From NCBI RefSeq assembly GCF_009914755.1, contig NC_060928.1: a stretch of 64,000 nt of DNA; one strand, written 5' to 3'. The number at the start of each line of letters is the position of its first letter. Positions within the stretch are counted from its first letter, which is position 1. The translations under genes and the position numbers were made by a program. This document shows positions 32,520-47,420 of the stretch, piece by piece. The notes under the pieces are model-generated. The model saw only the letters and a program-made list of their open reading frames with translations. It had not been told where the DNA came from and searched no databases. The DNA is from the human T2T-CHM13v2.0 reference genome, Homo sapiens.

Positions 32520-34215
32520 AGTCCTAGTCACAGTAATCAGGCAAGAGAAAGAAAAGGCATCCAAAAAGGAAAAGAATCAAGTTATCTTTTTTCAGTGATG
32601 TTATGATTACATACCTAGAAAACCCTAAAGACTCTGCCAAAAGGCTCTTAGACCTGATAAATGACTTCAGTAGAGTTTCAGGATACAAAATCAATGTACA
32701 AAAATCAGCAGCATTTCTATACACCAATACCGTTCAAGTTGAGAGCCAAATCAAGAATGCAATCCTATTTACAATAGCCACATAGACAAAAATATCTAAG
32801 GATACATCTGATAAAGGAGGTGAAAGAGTTCTACAAGGAGAACTACAAAACATGGCTGAAAGAAATCAGAGATGACACAAATAAAAAAATATTCCATGTA
32901 CATGAATTGGAAGAATTAATATCATTAAAATAACCATACTGCCCAAAGCAACCTACAGATTCAATACTATTCCTATCAAAATACCAACATCATTTTTCAC
33001 AGAATTAGAAAAAACTATTCTAAAATTTCTATGGAACCAAAAAAGAGCCCAAATAGTCAAAGCAATCCTAAGCAAAAACAACAAAGCTGGAGTCATCACA
33101 TTACACGACTTCAAGCTATACTACAAGGTTACAGTACCCAAACTGTACAAAAACTGGTACAAAAACAGAAACACAGACCAATAGAATAAAATAGAGAACT
33201 CAGAAATAATGATGCACACCTATTGCCATCTATCTTTGACAAAGTTGACAAAAATAAGCAATGAGGAAACAACTCTTTATCAATAACTGGTGCTGGGATA
33301 GCTAGTTAAACCCTATGCAGAAGACTGAAATTGGACCCTTCCCATTCACACATACAAAAATTAACTCAAGATAGATTAAAGATTTAAACATAAGATCTGA
33401 AACTATAAGAATAAGAAGAAAATGTAAGAAATGCCATTCTGGACTTTGACCTTGAGAAAGAATTTATGACTAAGTCTTCAAAAGCAATTGCAACAAAAAA
33501 ATTGACAAGTGGGACATAGTTAAACTAAACAGCTTTGGTACAGCAAAAGAAATTGTCAACAGAGTAAACAGACAACCTACAGAATGGGAGAAAATATTCA
33601 CAAACTATGCATCCAACAAAGGCCTAATATCCACAATCTACAAGGAACTTAAATAATTGAACAAGCAAAAAACAATCCTATTAAAAATGGACAAAAGACA
33701 TGAACAGACACTTCTCAAAAGAAGACATACAAGCAGCCAACAAACATGAAAACATGCTCATCATCACTGATCATTAGAGAAATGCAAATCAAACCACAAT
33801 GAGATACCATCTCACACCAGTCACAATGGCTGTGATTAAAAAGTCAAAAAATAACAGATTCTGGTGAGGTTGCAGAGAAAAGGGAATGCTAATACACTGC
33901 TGGTGGGAGTGTAAATTAGTTCAGCCACTGTGGAAAGCAGTTTGGAGACTTCTCAAAGAACTAAAAACAGAACTACCGTTCAATCCAGAAATCCAATTAC
34001 TGGGTATACCCAAAGGAAAATAAATTGTTCTACCATAAAAACACATGCATGCGTATGTTCATCTCAGTACTGTTTACAACAGCAAAGACATGGAATCAAC
34101 CTAGGTGTCCATCAACAGCAGATTGAATAAAGAAAATGTGGTACATCTACACTATAGCATGCTAGGCCATTGAAAAGAACGAAATCATGTCCTTTGCAGC
34201 AATACAGATGCAGTT
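32520..34215 (+). mobile_element. L1PB / old L1PA ORF2 fragment lacking its 3' end
   Basis: ORF 32603 [35 protein letters not shown] is L1 RT region; ORF2 homology continues to about 34215. Confidence 0.9.
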
Positions 34216-34239
34216 GTATTGTGAAAATATTCACAAATA

Positions 34240-34746
34240 TATATATATATTTTATTATACTTTAAGTTCTAGGGTACATGTGCACAACGTGCAGGTTTGT
34301 TACATATGTATACATGTGCCATGTTGGTGTGCTGCACTCATTAACTTGTCATTTACATTAGGTATATCTCCTAATGCTATCCCTCCCCCTTCCCCCCACC
34401 CCAAGTATATACCCAAAGGAATATAAATCATGCTGCTATAAAGGCACATGCACATGTATGTTTATTGCAGCACTACTCACTATAGCAAAGACTTGGAACC
34501 AACCCAAATGTCCAACAATGATGGACTGGATTAAGAAAATGTTGCACATATACACCATGGAATACTATGCAGCCATAAAAAATGATGAGTTCATGTCCTT
34601 TGTAGGGACATGGATGAAGCTGGAAACCATCATTCTCAGCAAATTATCACAAGGACAAAAAACCAAACACTGCATGTTCTCACTCATAGGTGGGAATTGA
34701 ACAATGAGAACACTTGGACACAGGAAGGGGAACATCACACACCGGG
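34240..34746 (-). mobile_element. 5'-inverted (twin-primed) L1PA insertion
   Basis: 34240-34402 is the antisense L1 terminal 3'UTR; 34404-34746 is the adjacent upstream L1 segment in sense orientation. Confidence 0.85.
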
Positions 34747-36091
34747 TAGTTTTTAATTAATATTTATAGAAAAAGATTGTCCTCATTTGAAGCATTTTGG
34801 TTGCCCCTCCAGCAAATGCTACCACAAACTGTAGCAGTTTAGCTTCATTGTAGTTAAAACCTGGTTGCTTCCAAAGTGACTGTAAGGTCTGTGGTACACG
34901 GAAGCTGGTGTCAGTGATGCTTCCAGGGTTCCCTGTGCTTAACTCCTAACTGTCTGGCACATCCCTGTTGGAAAATAGGATTAAGAGACTTTTACAACAA
35001 GGCAGAATCTAAAAGCAGGGCTTTATTATTGTGATGGTGGTAATGATTTTCTGGCCTCTGCTCATTCAAAAAAAAAGTACCGATGTTAAGCCGATCACCA
35101 AAGAGATGTCAGATGTAGACAGTGCTGTGACGAGCTGCCACAGACCACAGAGTACTACTTCTGGGAGCTGGCCAAAAAGCACTCCCCAAGTTCAACCTCC
35201 ATAGCGGCAAAAAGAAAAAACTGAGGCCTAGAGACTCACCCAAGACAAAAAGAGAGTGGGTGGCAGCCTATAAGTAGGTCTTTAAAACATTTAGAAAGAT
35301 AGAAATAACTGATTGCTAACAGATACATGATGACCTTACAAACTGATGTCATTTTGCAGAAACTAAGCTTCCAGAAAGAGGCAAAATCATTTAAATATTC
35401 ATATCAATAATTCTAATCCTTGGGCATTTATCCGGTAGTATTATAACGACTAAAATGTGTAAATTGAAGGACCAAATCACTATCCTTTCACCTTGCTTTT
35501 TTTTTTTAACTACATAAAACACAAATCTTAAGGACTTATTAATTATTTACAGTCTGGCTCTGAAGATGATAGTACTTGCAGCAAATGCTGACAGGCTGGT
35601 TCCACCCAGCTAATCACAGCAGTTACTGAACAGATAAATTAAGAGCATTTTAAATTCTTGTTCAGAGAGACACTTGCCTTAGACATATGCTGAAAGCATG
35701 GACTTACCTGCATAAAAAGACTGGCAAGTAACCAAAATTAAAAAAAAAAATTGTTCTTTCTTTCCTTTGGACCTGTTTTCAGCATCTATTTGAAAGTTCC
35801 AAATTATATTTAGGCTATTCAAGACAACCCTGCTAATGCACTGTAATTTTATATTTATAGTCACTGGCTTACACATGCCCACAGACTGCATTCTGCAACA
35901 CCCAGGAGTGAAAGGCCTCTTCTGACACCTGTGGCTCTTTTTCCATAAGTGCCTGTACAACCAGTGCAGAGTATTCATTGTCTGGTCCTAATGGTTTCCC
36001 TTTGCTTATTCGAGAAATTACCATTATTTTCTCTTTCGTAAATGACTCCGAAGTAAAATAAAATGATAGCTTTCTTCACATTAACAACTTT

Positions 36092-37275
36092 CTTTTTTTA
36101 ATTTTTATTTTTAAGTTATTTTAAGTACATATGCAGGACCTGCAGGTTACCTAGGTAAATGTATACCATGGTGGTTTGCTGCACCCATCACCTAGGTATT
36201 AAGCCTAGCATACATTAACTGTTTTTCCTAATGCTATCCCTCCTCACATCCCACCTACTGACAGGCCTAGTGTGTGTTGTTCCCCTCCCTGTGTCTTCTC
36301 ATTGTTCAGCTCCCGCTAATAAGTGAGAACATGCAGTGTTTGGTTTTCTGTTCCTCCATTAGTTTGCTGAGGATAATGGCTTCCAGCTCCATCCATGTCC
36401 CTGCAAAGAACATGATCTCGTTCCTTTTTATGGCTACATAGTATTCCATGGTGTATATGTACAACACTTTCTTTATCCAGTCTATCATTGATGGGCATTT
36501 GGGTTAATTCCATGTCTTTGCTATTGTCAATAGTGCTGCAATGAACATACGTGTGCATGTATCTTTTAATAGCATGATTTATATTCCTTTGGGTATATAC
36601 CCAGTAATGAGATTGGTGGATCAAAGGGTATTTCTGGTTCTAGACCTTTGAGGAATCACCACACCGTCTTTCACAATGGCTGAAGTAATCTACATTCCCA
36701 GCAATAGTGCAAAAGTGTTCCTATTTCTCTGCAACCTCACCAGCATCTGTTGTTTCTTGACTGTTTAATAATAATTGTTATTCTGACTGGTGTGAGATGG
36801 TATCTCATTGTGGTCTTGATTTGCATTTCTCTAGTGCTCAGTGATGTTGAGCTTTTTTATTTTTTTCGTATGTTTGTTGACCACATGTATGTCTTCTTTT
36901 GAGAAGTATCTGTTCATTTCATTTGCCCACTTTTTAATGGGGTTGTTTGTTTTTTTCTTGTAAATTTGTTTAAGTTCCTTGTAGATTCTGGATATTAGAT
37001 CTTTGTCAGATGGACAGATTGCAAAAATTTTCTCCCATTCTGCAGGTTGCCTGTTCACTCTGATGATAGTTTCTTTTGCTGTGCAGAAGCTCCTTAGTTT
37101 AATTAGATCCCATTTGTCAATTTTTGCTTTTGTTGCAATTGCTTTTGGTGATTTTGTCATGAAATCTTTGCCTGTGCCTATATCCTGAGTGGTGGTATTG
37201 TCTGGATTTTCTTCTAGGGTTTTTATAGATTTGGGTTTTAGATTTAAGTCTTTAATCTATCTTGAGTTAATTTTT
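36092..37275 (-). mobile_element. L1PA (mid-age) 3' fragment
   Basis: Minus ORFs [22 protein letters not shown] and MIDWIKK...SLISGS; T-rich tail at about 36092. Confidence 0.92.
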
Positions 37276-37970
37276 GTTTGGAATATCATTTGCAAATATT
37301 AATTTCTGGAGCCTCAGAACCATGCCAACACATTACAACCATAAAACTTCATTTCCTCACTGGAAATACAGAACACTGAATGTCAAGACTTCAACCTTAA
37401 ATAGGATTCTAATTAAGGCAAAAGACAGTTACATATTTGGGTTGCTGAGCAACTGATAGAGCATCTTTCTAAATATGAAGTATATTCTATATGAAATTTT
37501 ACAACAATAATTTATATGTGAATAATATTAACTAAAGGATACATTTAGAGAGCAGAGAAAAGCCTGGCTGATTTTTCCCAGTGTAATGATAGAACAATTA
37601 TATAAAATGTGAAAAGACTGGAATCATGTTAATACTCTTACCTTCAGATAGTCCAAATCTTAACAAGGTCACTCAATAATTCTTAAAATAATACAAAATG
37701 TCTTCTGAAAAGACATGCAATCTAGTAAATCTGGTTTATTTCTAAAAGGATGAGACTTTACTAATAATATCTGAAAAATTCAAGTTCTCACATTCCTTAT
37801 CAAAAAAGAATATGGAGTAACATACTAACCTGAGTTGTCTTTATATAAAACTTTAGTATACTTGGGTTTATTTTTATATACCTTGTCCTTAGCCTTCAGA
37901 ATTTCTATCTGAGTACACAGGAATTTCAAGACAAACTTGTTAGGGATAATTAGATAAAGAGTTAATTGGG

Positions 37971-38150
37971 GAGCCAGGTGTGGTAGCTTATGCCTGTAAT
38001 GCACCCAGCACTTTGGGAGGCTGAGGTAGGAGGATCACTTGAGTCCAGAAGTTGGAGGCTGCTGTGAGCCATGATCATGCCACTGCACTCAAACCTGGGT
38101 GAAGAGTGAGATCCCATCTCTACAAAATAACAATAATAATGAAAAACAAA
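37971..38150 (+). mobile_element. FLAM / left Alu monomer
   Basis: Single monomer gccaggtgtggt...gccactgcactc...catctct plus A-rich tail. Confidence 0.8.
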
Positions 38151-38816
38151 AATTAAAAAAGAGTTAACCAGGGAATGGGGAAAAAAAAGGAATAAAACAG
38201 AATGTTGAACAGTACTGCTTCTTTCTGGGGCAGGCTTGGGAGACATAAAGGAGGTGGCCACACAGTCAGCTGGGCCTTGCTCCCACTGCTGTTAGCGGGA
38301 GAGAGGAGAGGCACTACAGACTGAGCAAAAGCAGCAGAGGCAGTGTCATAGTGTCCTCTACCTTTAACCCTCAGTGAAGCTTTCCTGGATATGACAAGGC
38401 TTTCTAACCCTGGCCCTCCCTGATGGGTAAGGGGCACTTAGAAATACTGTACTTACTTCAAAGAATGGGCTGGACACAGTCATGAGCCATTCTCCTCCCC
38501 CTTTCATGCTAGGGACAACTGTGAAGTTGGCCATCCTAGACGGAGAGGATATCTGCTGCTTCCTGGGGAAAAGAGTTGGGATTTGGTGGCATGTCAAGGG
38601 CTGGTGCAGAAGAGGGCAACTGAGGTCTAATAACAATGACAGGACAGCCTCTTCCTTGTGCTCAGGAGCCAAGGGAGGCACCCGAGAGCAGAGCAGCAGG
38701 TGACCAAAGGCAGTGGTATCACTTCTCCTCCCCAGGATCCACAGGAGAGGACGGGAAAACAATGCTCTCGGGAGTCGCTCATCCTCCCTTGGGGTGTCAA
38801 GAACCGTCTTGGTGGA

Positions 38817-39257
38817 TGCATTGGTTTCCTATCACTGCTATGAGAGATTGCCACAACTCAGGCCTGAAAACAACACAAAATTATCTTACAGTTTTAGAGA
38901 TCAGAAACATGAAATAGATTTGCTGGGCTAAAATCAAGGTGTTGGCATGGCTGCGTTCCTTTGAGAATTCTAAGGGAGAACCTATGTCCTTGGCTTTTCC
39001 GGCTTCTAGAAATGGCCCACATTTCTTGGCTTGTAGCCACCTCATTCGGACTCTGCTTCCTTCATCATCTCTTTTTCTCTCTGTGACCCTCATGCTTCCC
39101 TTTTATACGGATCCTTATAATTACACTGGATGACCCAGAATAATCTCCTCATCTCAAGATCTCAACTTAATCACATCTGGGAAGTCCCTTTTGACATGTA
39201 AGGTAATGTATTCACAGGTTCTGGACATTTTTGGCAGCAATTATTCTGCCTCCCATA
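38817..39257 (-). mobile_element. MLT1 (C/D-like) MaLR LTR
   Basis: gggctaaaatcaaggtgttggca, aataatctcctcatctcaagat and ttcacaggttctgg. Confidence 0.8.
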
Positions 39258-40577
39258 GTGAAAGTAGCAGCGAGAGACATTTCTGGAGTAGGCCTCCAGG
39301 GGCATGCAACTACAGCCAGGTCTTCCCTGATCATAGTGAAGGCCCCCGGCATGGCCAGCTGTTTATATGGCCTTGTTTATGCAGCCTGGAGAACGAAGAT
39401 AGTTTATCATTTCCCTAAGGTCTTCACGCAGCTTGAATAGATTGTCTTCAGCTAGGAACTGATTTTGATACATGTTAAAGCCATGATTTCTCAAAGATGA
39501 TAAGGAGGGTTATCTCCTTTTTCCCCTCACTCTACCTTCATCTTCCCACCTCCAAACAAGAAAAGAAAATCTCAGTGCACTGTTAGGCTTTCAGTCATGA
39601 GAGAGATCTTGGGGAGAGAATTCTAAGTAAGATGGTGACACCTACTCATCGGAAAACACTGCCCAGGAAGGATGGGGGACCTGGTACATTGTGGCATGAA
39701 ACAAAGTTGCGTTTGTGGGTGTTGTTGACATAACAGTGATAATTTGCCACCTAGGACATAAAAATAGCCTCCACCAACATCTGAGAATATACAGCTTTCC
39801 AAATAATTACCCACTTCAACTTAACTCCCTCTAGACCTTCACAGGCTACCCAGAAACATGCATGCTTCCAGTCCCTCCAAGAGAACTGCTCGTGGAAGGA
39901 ATAAAAACAAGAGCAGCAGATTAACCATGTTTGGAGTGGAAATCCAAGGTCATGCCTGCTTCAAAACAGCTCAGCCAAATCCTGCAAGAGTTTAAAGAGG
40001 GTAAAGTGTAGAAAGCTGCAGCCAGATCTCTCCACATTAAAAGTTACTAGTTTGTCTTGAAGGCAAAGGCCCAAAGGATATGACAGAAGGGGTGCTCAAA
40101 GTCCCAGCCCATCTGTGTGCCTATCTGACCATGAGCACAGGTTGAAGGTGATAGTAAAATGATCACGAAGGTTATTTATGATAAATATTGATTGTGGGGC
40201 TGCTGTGCATGTGTGTGCACGCACACACACACAACACACACACACACACACCACTGCCTATTTAAGCAGCCCTAACAAACCAAAGCCAGGGGCTAATATT
40301 GAACAGTGACCTTATTGTGGTGGCTCTCTACACAACAAAAACCACATTTAAAATGCATCAAGACCAAAAGTAAGATCTGAAGAATGAGGAAACCTAGGCT
40401 ATAACAAAATGAAAAAAGGTTTTACACATTCCCTGAGCACAGGCAGCACTGAAGGATGAAATGATTTGCTTGCTAGGCTCACTAGAGTAAAAGGCAGGAA
40501 GCATTTTCCACCCAAGTTGCTACGCCTCTGGTGTTCCCTGGACCATCTGGATAGAAGTTTATGTTCAATCTATAAGT

Positions 40578-42135
40578 CTTTTTTTAATTTTTAATTTTTA
40601 TGGGTACACAGTATAATAGGTACCTATATTTATGAGGTACATGAGGTATTTTGATACAAGCATACAATGCTTAATAATAATCATATCAGGGTAAACAGGT
40701 ATTTATAACTTCAGCATTTAACATTTCTATGTGTTACAAACATTCCAGTTATACTATTTTATTAATTTTTAAATGTCTGATAAATTATTGACTGTGATAA
40801 CCCTGTTGTGCTATCAATTACTAGAACTTATTCATTCTATCTAATTATATTTTTTGTACCCATTAACCATCCCCACTCCAACCCTACTACTCTTTCCAGC
40901 CTCTGGTAACCATCATTCTACTCTCTATCTATGATAAAGGGCAGGTGAACCCCAAATTTGGAACTCAGCCCAGGAATGTTCTTGGCTTTGCTCAGGAAAA
41001 AATTCAAGGGCAAGCCAGTGGTGTTAGCAGCTTTTGTTGAAATGGCAATGTACAGCAGCAGCAGAGGTACGGCTCAGAGCAGAGCAGGGCTACCCCATAG
41101 GCAGTGTGCCCAGAGTAGCAGCTCAGAGGCAGTGCTGCAGTCATATTTATAACCACTTTTAGTTATATACAAACTAAGGTGTAGATTATGCAGAAATTTC
41201 TAGGAAATGGGTGGTAACTTCTGGGTCATCAGGTCATTGCCATAGAAAGCGGCAGTAAATTCTAGGTGTTGCCATTCTAGGGAATGGTAAACTGACATGG
41301 CACAATGGTGGACGTGTCTTATGGAAAGCTGCTTCCGCCCCATCCCTGTTTTAGCTAATCCTCAATTTGGTCTGGTGTCTGAACCCTGCCTCTGGAGTTG
41401 TGTCCCGCCTCCTATCTCATCTCCATGAGTTCAGTTGTTTTTATTTTTAGCTTCCACAAATGAGTGAGAACATGAGAAGTTTGTCTTTTGGTGCCCCACT
41501 TATTTCACTTAATGTAATGCTCTCCAGTTCCATCCATATTGTTGCAAATGACAGGATATCATCTTTTTTTATGGCTGAATAGTACTCCATTGTGTATATG
41601 TACCACATTTTCTTTGTCCATTTGTTTGTTGATGAACACTTAGGTTGCTTCCAAATCTTAGCTACTGTAAACAGTGCTGCAAGAAACATGGGATTCAGAT
41701 ATCTCTTTCATATACTGATTTCCTTTTTTGGGGGGGTATATACCTAGCAATGGGATTGCTGGATCATATGGGAGTTCTATTTTTAGTTTTTTGAGGACCC
41801 GCCATACAGTTCTCCATAGTGGCTATACTAATTACATTTCCAGCAACACTGTATGAGGCTGCCCTTTTTCCCCATCCTCATCAGTATTTGCTATTGCTTG
41901 TCTTTTGGATAGAAACCATTTTAACTTGGGTGAGATGATATCTCATAGTAGTTTTGATTTGCGTTTTTCTGACAATAAATGATGTTGAGCATTTTATCAT
42001 ATACCTGTGTGCCATTTGTATGTCTTCTTTTAAGAAATGTCTACTCAGATTTTTTAGCCCATTTTTAATTGGATTGTTAGATTTTTTTCCTATTTAGTTG
42101 TTTGAGCTCCTTGTACATTGTTTATTAATCCCTTC
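40578..42135 (-). mobile_element. L1MA 3' end split by a LOR1a LTR
   Basis: ORF 41447-41689 is ORF2p C-terminus; the 3'UTR continues on both sides of the LTR. Confidence 0.85.
40932..41419 (-). mobile_element. LOR1a-like ERV1 solo LTR
   Basis: tg...ca termini, 4-bp TSD tcta/tctc, motif gtgtcttatggaaagctgcttccgcccc. Confidence 0.75.
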
Positions 42136-43092
42136 TACAAGTCGTTACTGAATGTCAGCACTACTAAATGTTAAGAGGTGGCATGATAGAGTAGAAAGAA
42201 AATTTGATTTGGAATAGTTAACACTGGTTTAAAGTCTTGGCTTTCCCACTTCATAGCTGTGTGACTTGGGCATTTAACCTGCAGCTTCTTCACCTCTGTG
42301 CTAGAATCATAACTGCTCTGGCTACTTCAAAGGGTTGACAAGAGAATAAAATATAGATGTAAATGTGCTTTCTTATCCTGTTAAACGTTACGAAAATTAT
42401 CTGTTACCATTAGAGAAGCAAGGTAAAAAATTTTGGTTTCTAGCTTATGATCTAGTTAGGGAAAAAATTTGTACAAGAAATATTCAAAGAGCAAAACTAT
42501 TTAACAAAGTGTTGGAGAGTCCTGTAGTCCAGGTTTCCTAATGCCATGTGGCAAATGTTCATTGTGTGGTACAGACCAAGTATAAAAGTGAGAAAAGCAG
42601 TCATCAGGAAAAACTTCACAGGAGAGAAGAATGTGAGCTGGAAGTAATGAGGCAGAAAGGAACTAGGAGAACATTCCAGAATGTGAGAGATTCATGAGCC
42701 AATACATACAGTGTGAAGTAAATTTGTGTGGTTTCTCTGCTTCCAGGAAACTCTCTCATATTTCAGACCCATTGAAGAATTCTGTCCTACAAACCACAAG
42801 GGGGAACAATATAGTAACTTCTTTTCCAGTAGAAAAATACCTCTTGACACAGCAATTCCACTTTTAGGAACTGAGACTACAGATGGAAGTGAGTGTGTGT
42901 ATATACACATATGTGAAATAATGTATACAGGTGATTACTGCAGCCCAGTTTGTATATGTGAGAAAACTATAATTTATAATCTAGAAATAATAATCTAAGA
43001 TGCCATCAGTAGGAGATTGGCTAGGAAATTGTGGTATACATACTATCAAATATTTTACAGATTTTATAAAGCGTAAAATATATAAAGGTATT

Positions 43093-43543
<451 letters not shown>

Positions 43544-43971
43544 TTATCTCAATTTATTAAGTGAAAAAAGCAAAGTCTAGAAGTATGCTATATTTATGTA
43601 AAAAGAAAATAAAAGAGTCCATACAGAGTGCTTGACAATGCATAGACAACAGTACAAAAATAGTCACTAGTCACAGATTAGGATAGAGGAATGAGAGGGA
43701 GACATACCTTTCACTGTATATACTTTTGAATTCCATATCATACTCATGTATGACCTATCCAAAAATTACTTTAAATGTATTAGCTGGTGGCCCAATGCTT
43801 TCACAGACTCCAGATAAATTTGCACACTGACTTCAATTTAGGATGCCCCAATAAATAACGTTCTCTGAATATCCTTTAACTGAAATTGCTTCAGTTAGGT
43901 AACGCAAAATACAGCTGCCCAGCATAGAGTTCAGTCCAGTTGCCCGCAGATTTTACTGAGTGGCTGGGTCA

Positions 43972-44342
43972 TGTTATTGACCATATTGTGTTCCCCAAAA
44001 GTTCATTTATTGAAAGCCAAACACTCAATGTCACTGTACATGAAGACAGGGCCTCTAAGGAGGCAATCAAGATTAAATAAAGTCATAAGGGTGAGGCCCT
44101 AATCCAAAAGGACTGGTGCCTTCTAAGAAGAGGAAGATACATCAGGTGTGCCACACACAGAGGCAAGGCCACATGAGGCCACAGTGGGAAAGTGGTCATC
44201 TACAAGCCAGGAACAGGAAGCCAACTCTGCTGGAAACTTGATCTTGGATCTCCAGCCTCTAAAGCTGTGAGAAAATAAGTGTCTGTTGTTTAGGCTACCC
44301 AGACTGTGGCATTTTGTCATGGCAGCCTGAGAAGATTAATAC
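43972..44342 (+). mobile_element. MLT1A-like MaLR LTR
   Basis: gggtgaggccctaatcc...gactggtg, ttgatcttggatctccagcctc and gcagcctgagaagattaata. Confidence 0.8.
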
Positions 44343-44781
44343 CATTACCATCAAGGACTCTTGTGGAGAAGCACAGTCCTCCAGCCAGAGATAAGCTGAG
44401 CTAAAGTGGGAGCTATGCTGCTTGGCCTGCAGAGGAGCACCACTGTAACACAAGAACATGCCACTAATTCAAAGTGACAGAGTGGGCATGAGGAGTCCAG
44501 GGTCCTAGTTCCTGCAAAGCCATTCCTGACTGCAACCTGCACCATCATGTGAACTCTGCAGGATCTGTCTCAAATCCTTTCAGCTTCCTTAGTTCCTTCC
44601 AGCTCATTGGGTCCAGGATCTATAACATGCAAACAGCAAAATATGTCACTACCAAGAGTCAAGTTAGCTTCCAAAAATAGTGAGCTTCATATTTGTGGAA
44701 TAAAAACAGCAGCCTGTAACCTAGGAGTTCCCAATCAGTGAGACTAAATCTACTTTAGATCTCAAAGCCTCACGAAGCAGG

Positions 44782-44802
44782 CTGCTGCTGCTGCTGCTGC
44801 TG
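44782..44802. repeat. (CTG)7
   Basis: Read directly from the sequence. Confidence 0.95.
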
Positions 44803-45431
44803 ACACAGAATCTTCCTCACACTCTGAGTTTTGCTGAGATTCTCAAAGTAGGGAAGGTGGAACATGGTCTCCTCTGATAATTTATTACTCTGAAAATCCA
44901 CATTTTAGAAACCCTGGCACTCCAAAAAAGCAGTGAAGAGGTATCCCATCTCACAAGCAGACAAAACTATGACAACTCCTGTTGTTATTAAAGGGAGAGA
45001 GGTGATGTTAAGCCAAAAAACTAAAACACGCATTTCTCCAGTGTCATTCATCCCAAAGAAGGAATCAACTCTGCTGATGAGCAGATCCAGCACTTGAAAG
45101 AGAAAGCCCTATGAATATTCTTGTTTTTGACCCTTAGTATCACATCATAATGAAACAGCCATGTGTAGAAGCCTAGCTGAAGCACTGATGCATTTCTTTT
45201 TCAGTCAAAGGTTTGAAGTCTTATCATCAAGGGTTTACATGATGTAGCAACATCTAGGAACAGATATCCTACAGTTTAGGCATGCAATAATTTCTTTAAT
45301 GACAATGAAGTTAGCGCTGCTTGTTACAAAAAGTTGGGGCACATGGTTTCAAAAGAAAGTATGACCCAGAATTGTAGGTGACTATGTCAGATAACTGAAC
45401 TTGTACTTAACTTTAGAAGAACACATTTCCA

Positions 45432-45849
<418 letters not shown>

Positions 45850-47332
45850 AACATTTCCATCATATTGGTTCCTAGCAAAGCTAAAGAAAGAGCTTTATCA
45901 GTTCAGGAGCTACAATAAACTTGAAAATCAGTTTTGGAAAGCAGGCAAGCCTCTTCAAGGAATCAGTGTAGAGAAGACAGTTTTGAATGCAGAGCAAAAT
46001 GTTATATGCAGAAGTATTTTAAAAACAAGATGGTAATGTATCTAGGCACAAATTTCATAAATATATTCTAGATTTCTTGGGTCGGTATGTATAAGGAAAA
46101 TTCCTCAGTAAAGTTTTTAATCTTGGAATCTAGAACTCTGAATGAAGAGTGGTTTCCCCCTGAGTCATTATCACATACTATAGGTATACAAAGATATACT
46201 AGTTTACCAACAAATATATTCAGTTTTGAGCAACACCCAATTGCCATGCTGGTAATAGGCTAATAACTCCTTTGGAATATTAAAAGTAAATGCAATGACA
46301 TTTTATGTCAAAATCAAGGAATGTTGAGAAGGATATAAACTTCAAGATGAATATAACTGCCTACATTGATTTAGAATTTTTGACTTTGTTCTTGGCACAC
46401 ACTTAGGTCAAAGCAGAGGTAATGGGATTCGTTATAAATGTGTCTCCTCACATGCCAAAAATGTTGCTGCCTAAAATGTCATATTTCAATGTGGATTTTG
46501 TTGGGAGGGAGGCCACGTAAATGTTAACTCCTTGACAGGCATCCTCATTTGGAAGTTTTTTCAACTTGCTAGAATCACAAATGGTACCAAATATAAATAA
46601 GTATGACAGTATAAAACCTTTTCAGCTGAGTTTTATAAGTCCTATGTCAAAATAATTTTGAATAGAATGGCTCATTTAGAGCTAATTTATTTGTGGTCTT
46701 TGAAAATTGCTACAGAGAAAAAGAATTATACAAATCAGCGTAATTTTACTTATAATCAAATAATGTTGAATAGATGTTGGAGATGCACAGATTCAACACA
46801 TTAAGATATAAGCCAGATATTTCCCATATCTGTACTTGATCAGGTTTATGGAAAACTTTCAAAAGATTATCTTCTCATTTATGCCTATCGTTGTAAAAAT
46901 ACAATACATCTTTAAATGTCTAACTGGAAATGTAGTACCTCATAATAAATTGAATTGTGTGTTATTCCATCAAAACCTCTCTTTCTCCCTCTTTTCTCTG
47001 GATATTGTTTTATGTATACCTCTCTTCTTCATCATTGTCAATCTCCTTACATTTCCCCATTTTCCCTACTCTTGTACTCTCCCTCCCTCTTCATTTGTCT
47101 TCTCTACTCCTTTCTCTCCTGTTTGTTCAGCTTTAGTCATTACTGAATAAAGACTTGTGTTTTCTATTTTTAATTATAAAAGAAGATAAAATAAATTAAG
47201 GATTAAAAATAAAACCAAATTGAATGACAGGTGGTCTTTGGGATCTTCTTTTTACAAGCTTTCATTAATTCTTTTTCTGCTCTTGACAAAATATATTTTC
47301 CTGCCTCTGGTTTAAAACCATATCCAAAACCA

Positions 47333-47420
47333 TGTGCTTACATCTAATACAAATAGCATGGTTTGTACCATGTGCTTACATCTAATACAAACCATGCTAT
47401 TTGTATTAGATGTAAGCACA
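47333..47420. repeat. Perfect 35-bp inverted repeat with an 18-nt spacer
   Basis: 47333-47367 is the exact reverse complement of 47386-47420. Confidence 0.95.

Noticed and set aside
44782-44802. (CTG)7 as an expansion locus
   Set aside because: Short, of ordinary length and intronic.
45073-45100. CTGATGA...GAAA resembling a hammerhead ribozyme core (or a snoRNA C box) in the duplicated 96-mer
   Set aside because: The intervening bases do not form stem II, I found no stems I/III or terminal D box, and GAAA is altered in the second copy.
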